64,000 bases of DNA from an uncultured Myxococcaceae bacterium. GTDB taxonomy: Bacteria; Myxococcota_A; Polyangia; Polyangiales; Ga0077539. This document shows, piece by piece, positions 18,477 to 27,530 of this stretch. The stretch lies in contig CBIHPK010000002.1 in assembly GCA_966211675.1 (NCBI GenBank), positions 76,245 through 140,244 of the forward strand, read 5' to 3'. The first letter of the stretch is position 1. Each line of letters begins with the position of its first letter. Position numbers and translations under genes: made by a program. The notes beneath the pieces are model-generated. The model saw only the letters and a program-made list of their open reading frames with translations, searched no databases and had not been told where the DNA came from.

Positions 18477-19136
18477 ATGAGCTCGAGGTGGCGTTGGATG
18501 GTCCCCCTGGCAGGCGCGCTCGCGTCGGTGGGCCTCGGGGGTGCGCTGGTGACGGCGGGCTGCACCGAGCCCAGGAGCCCGACGGTCGGGCAACGCTTCG
18601 AAGACCACTTCGAGCGCAGCGAGCTGGGGCCCGACTGGCGAGAGACCGGCGAGGGCTGGCGCATCGAGGGCGGCGCGCTGCGCGGACAGGGCGCCCGCAA
18701 CCACCCGCTCTGGCTCAAGCGCAAGCTGCCTCGCAACGCTCGCATCGAGTTCGACGCGTGGAGCGAGTCGCCCGCCGGGGACCTGAAGTGCGAGGTCTGG
18801 GGTGATGGCAGCTCGCACGCCGTGCAGGCCGCCTACACCGCGACCAGCTACGTGGTGATCTTCGGCGGCTGGGGCAACAACTACAACGTCATCGCCCGCA
18901 TGGACGAGCACGCGCCCGACCGCCGGCAGCGCGTGGGCCCGCGCGTCGAGATGGGGCGGCACTACCACTTCACCATCGAGCGGCGCGGCCGGGTGCTGCG
19001 CTGGCTGCTCGACGGCGCGCCGATGCTGGAGTGGGACGACCCCGATCCGCTCGCGGGCCCCGGGCACGAGTACTTCGCGTTCAACGACTGGGACGCGCTG
19101 GTACATTTCGACAACCTCGTGATCACACCCCTGTGA
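18477..19136 (+). CDS. lipoprotein, possible concanavalin/LamG-like (DUF1080-like) domain
   Basis: Start MSSRWRWMVPLAGALASVGLGGALVTAGC (lipobox). Remainder is beta-rich and ends FDNLVITPL, reminiscent of DUF1080. The family call is tentative. Confidence 0.55.
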   Translation: MSSRWRWMVPLAGALASVGLGGALVTAGCTEPRSPTVGQRFEDHFERSELGPDWRETGEGWRIEGGALRGQGARNHPLWLKRKLPRNARIEFDAWSESPAGDLKCEVWGDGSSHAVQAAYTATSYVVIFGGWGNNYNVIARMDEHAPDRRQRVGPRVEMGRHYHFTIERRGRVLRWLLDGAPMLEWDDPDPLAGPGHEYFAFNDWDALVHFDNLVITPL

Positions 19137-19161
19137 GCGACAGGCACCACCGGAGGTCGCG

Positions 19162-20019
19162 GTGACACCAGCGGAGATCCAGAAGGAGCTCGACGAGCTC
19201 GAGTCCCGCCTCGAGCGGCTGCGGATCAAGTACGACCAGTACTTCATCGGCATCGAGAAGGTGATGCCGTTCGTGCAGCGCAAGGACGTGGACCGGCGCT
19301 TCGCGCAGCTGCACAAGGAGCAGTTTCGCAACGGCGGTCTGCGCTTCCGCTTCCAGACGATGGTGCAGCGCTTCACCACCTACCAGACGTACTGGGGGCG
19401 CATCATCCGGCAGATCGAGGAGGGCACGTACAAGCGCGACCTCATCCGCGCGCAGCGGCTCGGCCGCAACCTCGACAAGCGGCCCGCCGCGCAGGCCGAC
19501 GAGGCCGCGCCCGACCCGATGGAGCTCACCGACGACGACCTGACGGAGGCCACGGCCGACGAGCCGACGCCCCGGGACGCGACCACGCACGCCTCCCGCG
19601 GTCACGAGGTCGAGGCCTTCCCCGACCTCGGCGGCTCTCCGATGCGAGCCCCGACGCCCGCGCCCATCCCGGCCCCCCGGCCTTCGCTCGGAACCCTCGG
19701 CCCCAACGCTCCCCGAGCGCCGCTGAGCCCTCCGCTCCGCTCCGTGCTCGCCACGCGGCCCGGCCCTGCGCCCGCGCCGAAGCCCGCGCCCCCGGCCGAC
19801 GACGCGCAGCTCCGCGCCCTCCACCAGCGCTTCGTCGAGGCCCGCCGGATGACCGGCGAGAACACCGACGTGCAGTTCGAGTCCATCGCGCGTCAGGCCC
19901 GCGAGACGCTCCCCCGCCTCGCGCAGAAGTACCAGGGCGCCGAGGTGCGACTCGACGTCTCGATCAAGGACGGCAAGGCCGTGCTCAAGCCGATCGTGAC
20001 GATGCCGAAGAAGACCTGA
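19162..20019 (+). CDS. conserved hypothetical protein (coiled-coil N-terminus, Pro/Ala-rich linker, small C-terminal domain)
   Basis: GTG start. MTPAEIQKELDELESRLERLRIKYDQYFIGIEK... resembles a myxobacterial conserved family I cannot name with certainty. Confidence 0.6.
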   Translation: MTPAEIQKELDELESRLERLRIKYDQYFIGIEKVMPFVQRKDVDRRFAQLHKEQFRNGGLRFRFQTMVQRFTTYQTYWGRIIRQIEEGTYKRDLIRAQRLGRNLDKRPAAQADEAAPDPMELTDDDLTEATADEPTPRDATTHASRGHEVEAFPDLGGSPMRAPTPAPIPAPRPSLGTLGPNAPRAPLSPPLRSVLATRPGPAPAPKPAPPADDAQLRALHQRFVEARRMTGENTDVQFESIARQARETLPRLAQKYQGAEVRLDVSIKDGKAVLKPIVTMPKKT

Positions 20020-20057
20020 GGCGGGTTTTTACTGGAGTCGGTAAGCGGGGCGCAGGG

Positions 20058-21077
20058 TCAGTGCAGCGGGTACTGGCCCATGCAGGCCCCGATGATCCCG
20101 CGGTTGGAGGCCGGGAGGCTGCGGTCGATGACCCAGCCGGTGTCGGTGCACTGGTACCAGTCGCCGTCGAGGCGGCTCTGGAGGCAGGTGCCCTCGCGCA
20201 TGTCGCGGCCGAGCGTCGAGGAGTAGCAGGTCGCGTTGCGGGCCGTGGTGAGGGGGTTGGAGTTGACGCAGGCGCCGTACGCGTTGGCCCCGAGGCGCCA
20301 CACGCCGTCGACGCACTGGTACCAGTCGCGATCGAAGCGGCTCTCCACGCAAGAGCGCGGGGGCATCCAGCGCTGGAGGGTGTTGGAGTAGCACTGCGCC
20401 CCGGCGGAGGAGGCGCCGCCGGAGGTGCCCCCGCCGGACGTCGTGGTGCCCCCGCCGGTGCTCGGCGGCGCGCCGTCGAGCCGCACCGGCAGGAACACGT
20501 TGCGGATCTGGCTGCCGCGCGCGTTGTCGTAGATGGAGTGGTGGAGGATCGAGGCGGGGTGGCCCCAGTTGTACTCCTCGATGGTGCAGAAGCGGGTGCG
20601 GTGCTCATCGAGCCAGCCCGCGAAGAGCATGATGTGATGCTGCGGGTTGTTGAGCGCGTCGCCGGGCTCGAGGTCGCTCCAGTCGATGCGGTGCGAGCGG
20701 TGGTTGTCCCACGGGCCGCCCGCGAAGGAGTGCGTGGTGTTGCCCGGCGGGGGGAGGCCCCAGGACATGGACACGAGCCCCGAGCAGTCGGTGCGGTAGC
20801 CGCCCCAGCGTGACTGCGGCGTCTGCGAGTACTGCACCCGGTTGTCGACCCAGTTCATGGCGCGCTCGATCATCCCGCGCCGGCTCGCCGGCGTGCCCGC
20901 GAGGATCGACGAGCGGGTGCAGGCCGCGACGATCTCCTCGACCTGCCAGTCGCCCCACGGGTCGTCGAAGTTGACGTCGTTGGGGTCGCCGACACAGCCG
21001 GGCGCGGCGGCCAGCGAGCCCGCGGTCGCCACCAGCACGACCGTGAACAACGAACGGCGCCAACCGATGGATCGCAT
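20058..21077 (-). CDS. NlpC/P60 (C40)-like cell-wall hydrolase lipoprotein with two C-terminal Cys/Trp-rich repeats
   Basis: Internal start MRSIGWRRSLFTVVLVATAGSLAAAPGC. Catalytic-like DCSGLVSMSW and HHIMLFAGW. C-terminal duplication CYSNTLQRWMPPRSCVESRFDRDWYQCVDGVW / CYSSTLGRDMREGTCLQSRLDGDWYQCTDTGW. Confidence 0.7.
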   Translation of the reverse strand: MRSIGWRRSLFTVVLVATAGSLAAAPGCVGDPNDVNFDDPWGDWQVEEIVAACTRSSILAGTPASRRGMIERAMNWVDNRVQYSQTPQSRWGGYRTDCSGLVSMSWGLPPPGNTTHSFAGGPWDNHRSHRIDWSDLEPGDALNNPQHHIMLFAGWLDEHRTRFCTIEEYNWGHPASILHHSIYDNARGSQIRNVFLPVRLDGAPPSTGGGTTTSGGGTSGGASSAGAQCYSNTLQRWMPPRSCVESRFDRDWYQCVDGVWRLGANAYGACVNSNPLTTARNATCYSSTLGRDMREGTCLQSRLDGDWYQCTDTGWVIDRSLPASNRGIIGACMGQYPLH

Positions 21078-21283
21078 GAGTGCAGGCTCCTTCACACCGA
21101 TGGGGTCATCCACCATCCATGCCGCGACCGCAGGGGCTCCGATCGCGCGGAATCTCCCGTGGAAACGTGTGCCGTGCGCCCTGGGCGCAACGCTGGACGG
21201 CGGGATGTCCAACCGATCACAGCTGTGACCATGGGAGCGGTTCCCGGTGCGTTGAGGGGGTTTTGATGGGGAGGGGAGCGGGA

Positions 21284-21305
21284 CCGCCGACCGGGCGGTC
21301 GGCGG
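21284..21305 (-). terminator. GC-rich hairpin just downstream of the giant Cys-repeat gene
   Basis: CCGCCGACC-gggc-GGTCGGCGG: a perfect 9-bp stem with a 4-nt loop, about 20 nt after the stop at 21325. No U-tract. Confidence 0.4.
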
Positions 21306-21324
21306 GGGAGGCGGGGCGATCAGC

Positions 21325-24300
21325 TCAGCGGAGGCACTCCCACATCACGGTGATGCAGTAGATGCCGCCGTTGGAGTCCGAACCGCAGTTGGGACCGTTG
21401 GTCCCGTTGTCATAGGTCTGGCTGCCGGGAGAGCTGCAGCTGCCGGAGCCGCAGTAGCCGCAGACGGTCCCGCAGGTGCCGCCCCAGCGGCCGATGGTGC
21501 GGTAGCCGAGCTGCTGGCAGATGTAGTTCGCGTGGTAGTTGCCGGCCGAGTTGGCGCTGATCCACGCGGAGTTGCAGTCCGCGCGGCAGGTGGTCCAGGC
21601 GCTGCCGGTGAAGGGGTCCGTGCCCGCGCGGCACGACGACGGGGGCAGCAGTCCGCCCGCGAGGCAGCCGCACGAGCCCGCGTTGCAGGTCGCCGCGCAG
21701 ACGTTGCCGCAGACGCCGCAGTTGGTCCGGTCGGTGTTGAGGTTGACCTCGCAGCCGTTGGCGGCGTTGCCGTCGCAGTTGGCGAAGCCCGCGGCGCAGG
21801 TGAAGCCGCAGATCCCCGCCTGGCAGGTGGTCGTGGCGTTGGCGCGCGCCGGGCAGGCGTTGCCGCACATCCCGCAGCTCGCGAGGTTGGTGTTGAGGTC
21901 CACCTCGCAGCCGTCCGTCGCCACACCGTTGCAGTTGCCGAAGCCGGTCTGGCAGGCGAACCCGCAGGTGCTGGCCGCGCAGGTCGACCGCGCGTTGGCC
22001 CGCGCCGGGCAGACGTTGCCGCACCCGCCGCAGTGGTTGGTGTCCGTCGCCGGCGTCACGCAGAGGCCGCCGCACACCAGCTGGCCCACGCCGCAGACGC
22101 CGACGCACGCCCCGCTCGAGCACACCTGGCCGCTCGGGCACGCGGCGCCGCAGGCGCTGCAGTTGGCCGAGTCGTTCTGGAGGTTGACGCAGCGGCCGCC
22201 GCACACCGTCTGCCCCGCGGGGCAGTCGAGCACGCAGACGCCCGCCGTGCAGATCTGCCCGGTCGCGCAGGCGTTGTTGCACGCCCCGCAGTTGGCGCGG
22301 TCGACCTGGAGGTCGCGGCACGCGCCGCCGCACTCCGTGAGCCCCGCGGCGCAGGAGAGCACGCAGCGTCCGCCCTGGCAGATCTGGCCCGCGCCGCAGG
22401 CGGCGTTGCACGCCCCGCAGTGCAGCCGGTCCGTCGCGAGGTCGTGGCAGGCCCCGCTGCACTCGGTGGTGCCCGCGGCGCACGAGAGCACGCAGACCCC
22501 GCTCGCGCAGATCTGGCCCGCGGTGCAGGCGCGACCGCAGGTGCCGCAGTTGGCCCGGTCGCTGCTGAGGTCACGGCAGGTGCCGCTGCAGTTCTGGAGG
22601 GTGCCGCCGCAGCTCACCGCGCAGGCCCCGGCGACGCACGCCTGGCCCGACGGGCAGGCGCGGCCGCACATCCCGCAGTTGGCGTTGTCGTTGTTGAGGT
22701 CGCGGCAGACGCCGCTGCACACGGTGCCGCCCGCCGAGCAGCTGACGACGCAGCGGCCGGTGTCGCAGATCTCGCCCGAGGCGCAGCGGGTTCCGCAGGC
22801 GCCGCAGTTGGCGCGGTCCGTCGCGAGGTCACGGCACGAGCCCGAGCAGTTGGAGAGCCCGGTCTGGCAGGAGAGCGTGCACACGCTGCCCACGCAGACC
22901 TCGCCCTCGGCGCAGGCGGTGCCGCAGGCGCCGCAGTTGAGCCGGTCGGTGCGCGTGTCGCGGCAGGTCCCGCTGCAGTTGGTCGTCCCCGTGGCGCACG
23001 AGACCGTGCACACGCTGTTGGAGCACACCTGCCCCGAGGCGCAGGCGTTGCCGCAGGTGCCGCAGTTGGCGCGGTCGGTGCGCGTGTCGCGGCACACCCC
23101 CGAGCAGTTGGTGGTGCCCGCTCCGCACGACACCTGGCAGGCGCCGCGGTCGCAGATCTCGCCCGTCGCGCAGGCGGTGCCGCACGCCCCGCAGTTGGCG
23201 CGGTCGGTCTGCAGGTCACGGCACACGCCGCCGCAGTTGTTGGTGCCCGCGATGCAGCTCACGCCGCACACGCTGTCGGAGCACACCTGGCCCGACGGGC
23301 AGACCACGCCGCAGCCGCCGCAGTTGGCCCGGTCGGTGGTGAGGTCGCGGCAGACGCCCGCGCAGTTCGAGGTCCCGGAGACGCAGGACACCTGGCAGGT
23401 GCCGCGCGCGCAGACCTGGCCGCCCGGGCACGCCGCCCCACAGGCACCGCAGTTGGCGCGGTCCGTCGCGAGGTCGCGGCACACGCCGTCGCAGTTGGTC
23501 GTCCCGGTCCCGCAGGTGACGGTGCACACGCCCGCGGAGCACACCTGCCCCGAGGCGCAGCCGCGGCCGCAGGCGCCGCAGTTGTTGTTGTCCGTCTGCA
23601 GGTCGCGGCACACGCCCGAGCAGCTCGTGGTGCCCACCACGCAGGACACCGAGCACGCGCTACCCGAGCAGACCTGCCCCGCCGGGCACGCCATGCCGCA
23701 CGCGCCGCAGTGGTTGGTGTCCGTGGTGAGGTCGCGGCACACGCCCGAGCAGTTGGTCGTGCCCGAGAGGCACGAGACCGCGCACGCTCCGGCCGAGCAG
23801 ACCTGCCCCGACGGGCACGCCATGCCGCACGCGCCGCAGTTGGCGCGGTCCGTGTCGAGGTCGCGGCACACGCCGCCGCAGCTGGTCTGCCCCGCGAGGC
23901 AGCTGGTCACGCAGGTCCCCGCCATGCACACCTGGCCCGAGGCGCAGGCGGTGCCGCAGGCGCCGCAGTTGAGCCGGTCGCTGTTCACGTCGCGGCAGGT
24001 CCCCGCGCAGTTGGTCGTCCCCGCGCCGCACGAGACCGCGCACGCTCCGGCCGAGCACACCTGGCCCGACGGGCAGGCCATGCCGCAGGCGCCGCAGTGG
24101 TTGATGTCCGTGGTCACGTCGCGACACACGCCCGAGCAGTTGGTGAGCCCCGCGAGGCACGAGACCGTGCAGGTGCCGCTGGAGCAGAGCGTGCCCGACG
24201 GGCAGGCGTTGCCGCAGGCGCCGCAGTTGTTGACGTCCGTCGCGAGGTCGCGACAGGTGCCGGAGCAGTTGTTGGTCCCCGCGGCGCAGGTGAGCACGCA

Positions 24301-24849
24301 GGTGGAGTTCTCGCAGACCTGGCCCGCGGCGCAGCGGACGCCGCAGCCGCCGCAGTTGTCGCGGTCGCTGCGGGTGTTGGCGCAGTAGCGCTGGCCGGCG
24401 CCGCCGTCGGTGCCCGCGTCGCTGTCCGAGGAGCTCATGCAGGTCGCGAGGTCCGCCGCGCAGGTGATGGCGCAGGAGCCGTTGGAGCAGACCTCACCGG
24501 CAGCGCAGGTGCGACCGCAGGCGCCGCAGTTGGTGCGGTCCGAGGCCGTGGTCACGCACTGGTTGCCGCAGAGGCTCTGCCCGCCCGGACAGCTGATGGT
24601 GCAGCTCCCCGCCACGCAGACGAGGCCGCCCTGACAGACGGTGCCGCACGCTCCGCAGTTGTCACGGTTGACCTGCAGGTCGACGCACAGCGAGCCGCAC
24701 GCCGTCTGCGCCCCGGTGCACTGCGGACCGATGTCCGTGGTCCGGTCGGCGGTGGCCGCGTCACGCCCGCCGATGATGCTCTCGCCGGTGCATGCGACCA
24801 GCATGACCAGCGCACCAAGCGCCAGGATCCATCTTGGAATCGCTCTCAT
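21325..24849 (-). CDS. giant secreted protein: ~23 tandem ~43-aa eight-cysteine modules (Stig1-like) plus a distinct Cys-rich C-terminal domain
   Basis: Start MRAIPRWILALGALVMLVACTGE at 24849, preceded by gggagaagagaac. Repeated unit is SC.(A/T)G.(T/S)NC.G.CRDL.TD..NCGACG..C..GQVC..G.C.V. I count ~23 (N/H/S)C(G/S)xC(G/N) motifs. Tail is ...AWISANSAGNYHANYICQQLGYRTIGRWGGTCG...IYCITVMWECLR. Confidence 0.85.
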   Translation of the reverse strand: MRAIPRWILALGALVMLVACTGESIIGGRDAATADRTTDIGPQCTGAQTACGSLCVDLQVNRDNCGACGTVCQGGLVCVAGSCTISCPGGQSLCGNQCVTTASDRTNCGACGRTCAAGEVCSNGSCAITCAADLATCMSSSDSDAGTDGGAGQRYCANTRSDRDNCGGCGVRCAAGQVCENSTCVLTCAAGTNNCSGTCRDLATDVNNCGACGNACPSGTLCSSGTCTVSCLAGLTNCSGVCRDVTTDINHCGACGMACPSGQVCSAGACAVSCGAGTTNCAGTCRDVNSDRLNCGACGTACASGQVCMAGTCVTSCLAGQTSCGGVCRDLDTDRANCGACGMACPSGQVCSAGACAVSCLSGTTNCSGVCRDLTTDTNHCGACGMACPAGQVCSGSACSVSCVVGTTSCSGVCRDLQTDNNNCGACGRGCASGQVCSAGVCTVTCGTGTTNCDGVCRDLATDRANCGACGAACPGGQVCARGTCQVSCVSGTSNCAGVCRDLTTDRANCGGCGVVCPSGQVCSDSVCGVSCIAGTNNCGGVCRDLQTDRANCGACGTACATGEICDRGACQVSCGAGTTNCSGVCRDTRTDRANCGTCGNACASGQVCSNSVCTVSCATGTTNCSGTCRDTRTDRLNCGACGTACAEGEVCVGSVCTLSCQTGLSNCSGSCRDLATDRANCGACGTRCASGEICDTGRCVVSCSAGGTVCSGVCRDLNNDNANCGMCGRACPSGQACVAGACAVSCGGTLQNCSGTCRDLSSDRANCGTCGRACTAGQICASGVCVLSCAAGTTECSGACHDLATDRLHCGACNAACGAGQICQGGRCVLSCAAGLTECGGACRDLQVDRANCGACNNACATGQICTAGVCVLDCPAGQTVCGGRCVNLQNDSANCSACGAACPSGQVCSSGACVGVCGVGQLVCGGLCVTPATDTNHCGGCGNVCPARANARSTCAASTCGFACQTGFGNCNGVATDGCEVDLNTNLASCGMCGNACPARANATTTCQAGICGFTCAAGFANCDGNAANGCEVNLNTDRTNCGVCGNVCAATCNAGSCGCLAGGLLPPSSCRAGTDPFTGSAWTTCRADCNSAWISANSAGNYHANYICQQLGYRTIGRWGGTCGTVCGYCGSGSCSSPGSQTYDNGTNGPNCGSDSNGGIYCITVMWECLR

Positions 24850-25013
24850 GTTCTCTTCTCCCGCGGGTCGACCGCGCCTGATGCCCAGCCGCGGAGCGTA
24901 GGCGGGGTGGCTCATGATCCGCAACGGTGCTCGCGCTCCCGCCGTCGCCCCACGCACGAGCTCGCGCGGCGGTGTCGTCGGTGAGGGCGACGGTGGTACA
25001 ACGGCCGCACCCG

Positions 25014-26075
25014 ATGCTCGCCGGTGCCCCATCGACCGCGCGCTACCTCATCACGGGCGGGGCCGGGTTTCTCGGCATCAACCTCACTCGCTTCCTCCTG
25101 GCCCGAGGCCACGCGGTCACCTCGCTGGACATCGCGCCCTTCGACCACCCGGACGTCGTCGACCGGGTGCGGGTCATCCGCGGCGACGTCCGGGATCGGG
25201 CCGCGGTCGATCGCGCCCTCGAGGGCGTCGACGTGGTGGTCCACGCCGCGGCGGCGCTGCCGCTCTATCCCAGGGAGGTGATCCTCTCGACGGGCGTCGA
25301 GGGCACCCGCCACGTGCTCGACTCCGCCCTGGCGCACGGGGTCTCGCGCGTGGTGCACATCTCCTCCACCGCGGTCTACGGCATCCCCGACCACCACCCG
25401 CTGCGCGAGGACGACCCGGTCGAGGGCGTCGGGCCCTACGGCGAGGCCAAGGTCATCGCCGAGCGCCTCTGCCGCGAGGCGCGGGAGCGCGGGCTGTGCG
25501 TGACCATCCTGAGGCCCAAGTCCTTCGTGGGCCCCGAGCGCCTGGGGATCTTCTCGCTGCTCTACGACTGGGCCGCGAGCGGCAAGAGCTTCCCGCTGCC
25601 CGGTCGAGGGGACAACCGCTACCAGCTCCTCGACGTGGAGGACCTCTGCGAGGCCATCGTCCTCGCCGCCACGGTCGAGGCCTCGCTGGCGAACGACACG
25701 TTCAACATCGGCGCCCGGGAGTTCGCGACGCTGCGCGAGGACTTCCAGGCGGTGCTCGACCGCGCGGGCTTCGGACGGAGGATCGTCCCGCTGCCCGCGG
25801 CTCCGATGCTCGCGGGGCTTCGCTTGCTGGAGGCCCTGCGGCTCTCCCCGCTCTACCAGTGGACCTACGCCACCGTGACCACGGACTCCTACGTCTCCGT
25901 CGAGCGGGCCGCGAAGGTCCTCGGCTTCGAGCCGCGCTTCTCCAACCAGCAGGCGCTGCTCCGCAACTTCCAGTGGTACCTCGACCACCGCGAGCGCTTC
26001 GCCGACACCGTCGGCGTCTCCCACCGAACGCCCTGGAAGCAGGGCGCCCTGCGGCTGGTGCGCCTGCTGTTCTGA
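25014..26075 (+). CDS. NAD-dependent epimerase/dehydratase (extended SDR)
   Basis: Start MLAGAPSTARYLITGGAGFLGINL (GxxGxxG Rossmann motif). YGEAK catalytic YxxxK. Confidence 0.85.
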   Translation: MLAGAPSTARYLITGGAGFLGINLTRFLLARGHAVTSLDIAPFDHPDVVDRVRVIRGDVRDRAAVDRALEGVDVVVHAAAALPLYPREVILSTGVEGTRHVLDSALAHGVSRVVHISSTAVYGIPDHHPLREDDPVEGVGPYGEAKVIAERLCREARERGLCVTILRPKSFVGPERLGIFSLLYDWAASGKSFPLPGRGDNRYQLLDVEDLCEAIVLAATVEASLANDTFNIGAREFATLREDFQAVLDRAGFGRRIVPLPAAPMLAGLRLLEALRLSPLYQWTYATVTTDSYVSVERAAKVLGFEPRFSNQQALLRNFQWYLDHRERFADTVGVSHRTPWKQGALRLVRLLF

Positions 26076-26099
26076 CCCTCAGGCGAGGGGGGGGAGGGC

Positions 26100-27485
26100 T
26101 CAGTCGCCGCGAGGCGTGAGCGAGCGCAGCGCCGGGGAGATCACCACCGGCGAGGGCGGCGAGGCCCCCTCGTCGAGCGAGCGCAGCGCCTCCGGCAGCG
26201 ATTGCAGCGACCGCGTCGCGCGCTCCCGGGCCTCGCGCACCGCCTCTGAGGCGGAGGCGAGGTCGCGCACCAGCTTCCCGCTCCGCATCACCGGGACCAG
26301 CAGGGGGAAGGCCTCCGGGTCGGGGTTGGGGTCGAGCGACTCGTCCGAGAGGCGAACCGTGTCCTCCACGAAGGTCCCCGCGGCGTCCAGGCGCCGGTAC
26401 ACCTGCTTGGAGCCCGCGCTGCTGGGCTTGCCCGGCGAGCGCTTGCCCACCGGGACCGAGACGTCGCGGCGGTCCTCGATCTCGACCAGCTTGTAGATCG
26501 CCCCGAGGGAGGGGGCGTCGGGGGTGAGGGTGATGGCCGTCCCGACCCCGAAGGCGTCGTAGGGGGCGCCCTCGGCCAGCAGCGCCCGGATGCGCTGCTC
26601 GTCCAGGTCGTCGCTGGCGATGAGCTGGATGTCGGGGCGCCCGGCGGCGTCGAGGATGCGCCGCACGTCCCGGCCGAGCACCAGCAGGTCGCCCGAGTCG
26701 ATGCGCACCGCGCGCACCGCCGAGCCCGCCCGGGCGGCCCGGAGCGCGGCGCGGCGGGCGTCGTAGGTGTCGATCAGCAGCGTGGTGCCCTTGGGGAAGG
26801 ACTCCGCGAAGCGGTTGAAGGCGGCCTCCTCGCCGTCGTCGACGTGGGCCAGGACGTAGCTGTGGGCGATGGTCCCGGAGACCGGCACCCCGAAGGCGAG
26901 GCCCGCCTGCTCGCAGGAGCTGCCCGCGCACCCGGCGATGTACGCCGCGCGGCCCGCGTGGGGGGACATCAGCGGGTCGATGCGCCGGGCGCCGAACTCG
27001 AAGACCGGTCGCCCCTCGGCGGCCAGCACCACCCGGGCGGCCTTGGAGGCCACGCGGGTCTCCGTGTTGATCACCCCCAGGAGGTAGGTCTCCAGCAGCT
27101 GGGCCTCGGCCAGCGAGGCCGCCACCCGGAGGATGGGCTCCCCCTCGAAGGCCAGCGCCCCCTCGGGGATGGCGTCGAGGTCGCCCCGGAATCGGAACTC
27201 CCGGAGGTAGCCCTCCATGGCGTCGGTCATCACGTCGCCGAGGCTCGGCTGCGCCCGGAGATAGTCGACCTCCGTGTCCGTGAAGCGCAGGTCGCGCAGG
27301 TAGCGCACCACCCGGTCGAGCCCCGCCACCAGCAGGAACCTCCGGTTGGCCGGCAACCTCCGGACCGACAGCTCGAACACCCCGCGGCGCTCGGCGATCC
27401 CTTCGCGGAGGTAGGCCCCCAACATCGCGAGCTCGTACCGATCGGTCAGCAGGGCGTGCATCGAGAACGGCCCCGATGGCGCCAC
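26100..27485 (-). CDS. pncB: nicotinate phosphoribosyltransferase
   Basis: …MHALLTDRYELAMLGAYL…, …FEFGARR…, …GTIAHSYV…, …IRIDSGDL… are typical of the NAPRTase family. The start may be the internal ATG at 27461. Confidence 0.88.
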   Translation of the reverse strand: MAPSGPFSMHALLTDRYELAMLGAYLREGIAERRGVFELSVRRLPANRRFLLVAGLDRVVRYLRDLRFTDTEVDYLRAQPSLGDVMTDAMEGYLREFRFRGDLDAIPEGALAFEGEPILRVAASLAEAQLLETYLLGVINTETRVASKAARVVLAAEGRPVFEFGARRIDPLMSPHAGRAAYIAGCAGSSCEQAGLAFGVPVSGTIAHSYVLAHVDDGEEAAFNRFAESFPKGTTLLIDTYDARRAALRAARAGSAVRAVRIDSGDLLVLGRDVRRILDAAGRPDIQLIASDDLDEQRIRALLAEGAPYDAFGVGTAITLTPDAPSLGAIYKLVEIEDRRDVSVPVGKRSPGKPSSAGSKQVYRRLDAAGTFVEDTVRLSDESLDPNPDPEAFPLLVPVMRSGKLVRDLASASEAVREARERATRSLQSLPEALRSLDEGASPPSPVVISPALRSLTPRGD

Positions 27486-27530
27486 GGAGCGGCCCGAAGC
27501 GCAAGAGGGGTCAAAACCCTGGAAAGGTCA

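Noticed and set aside
20020-20057. T-run (gggttttta) after the 19162..20019 gene as an intrinsic terminator.
   Set aside because: I could not find a stable hairpin immediately upstream of the T-run.
21325-24849. Regular ~129-nt periodicity that could be mistaken for a CRISPR-like or satellite array.
   Set aside because: The periodicity is in frame and encodes a conserved protein module within one long ORF with a signal peptide. There is no repeat/spacer structure, and units are diverged throughout rather than alternating identical repeats with unique spacers.
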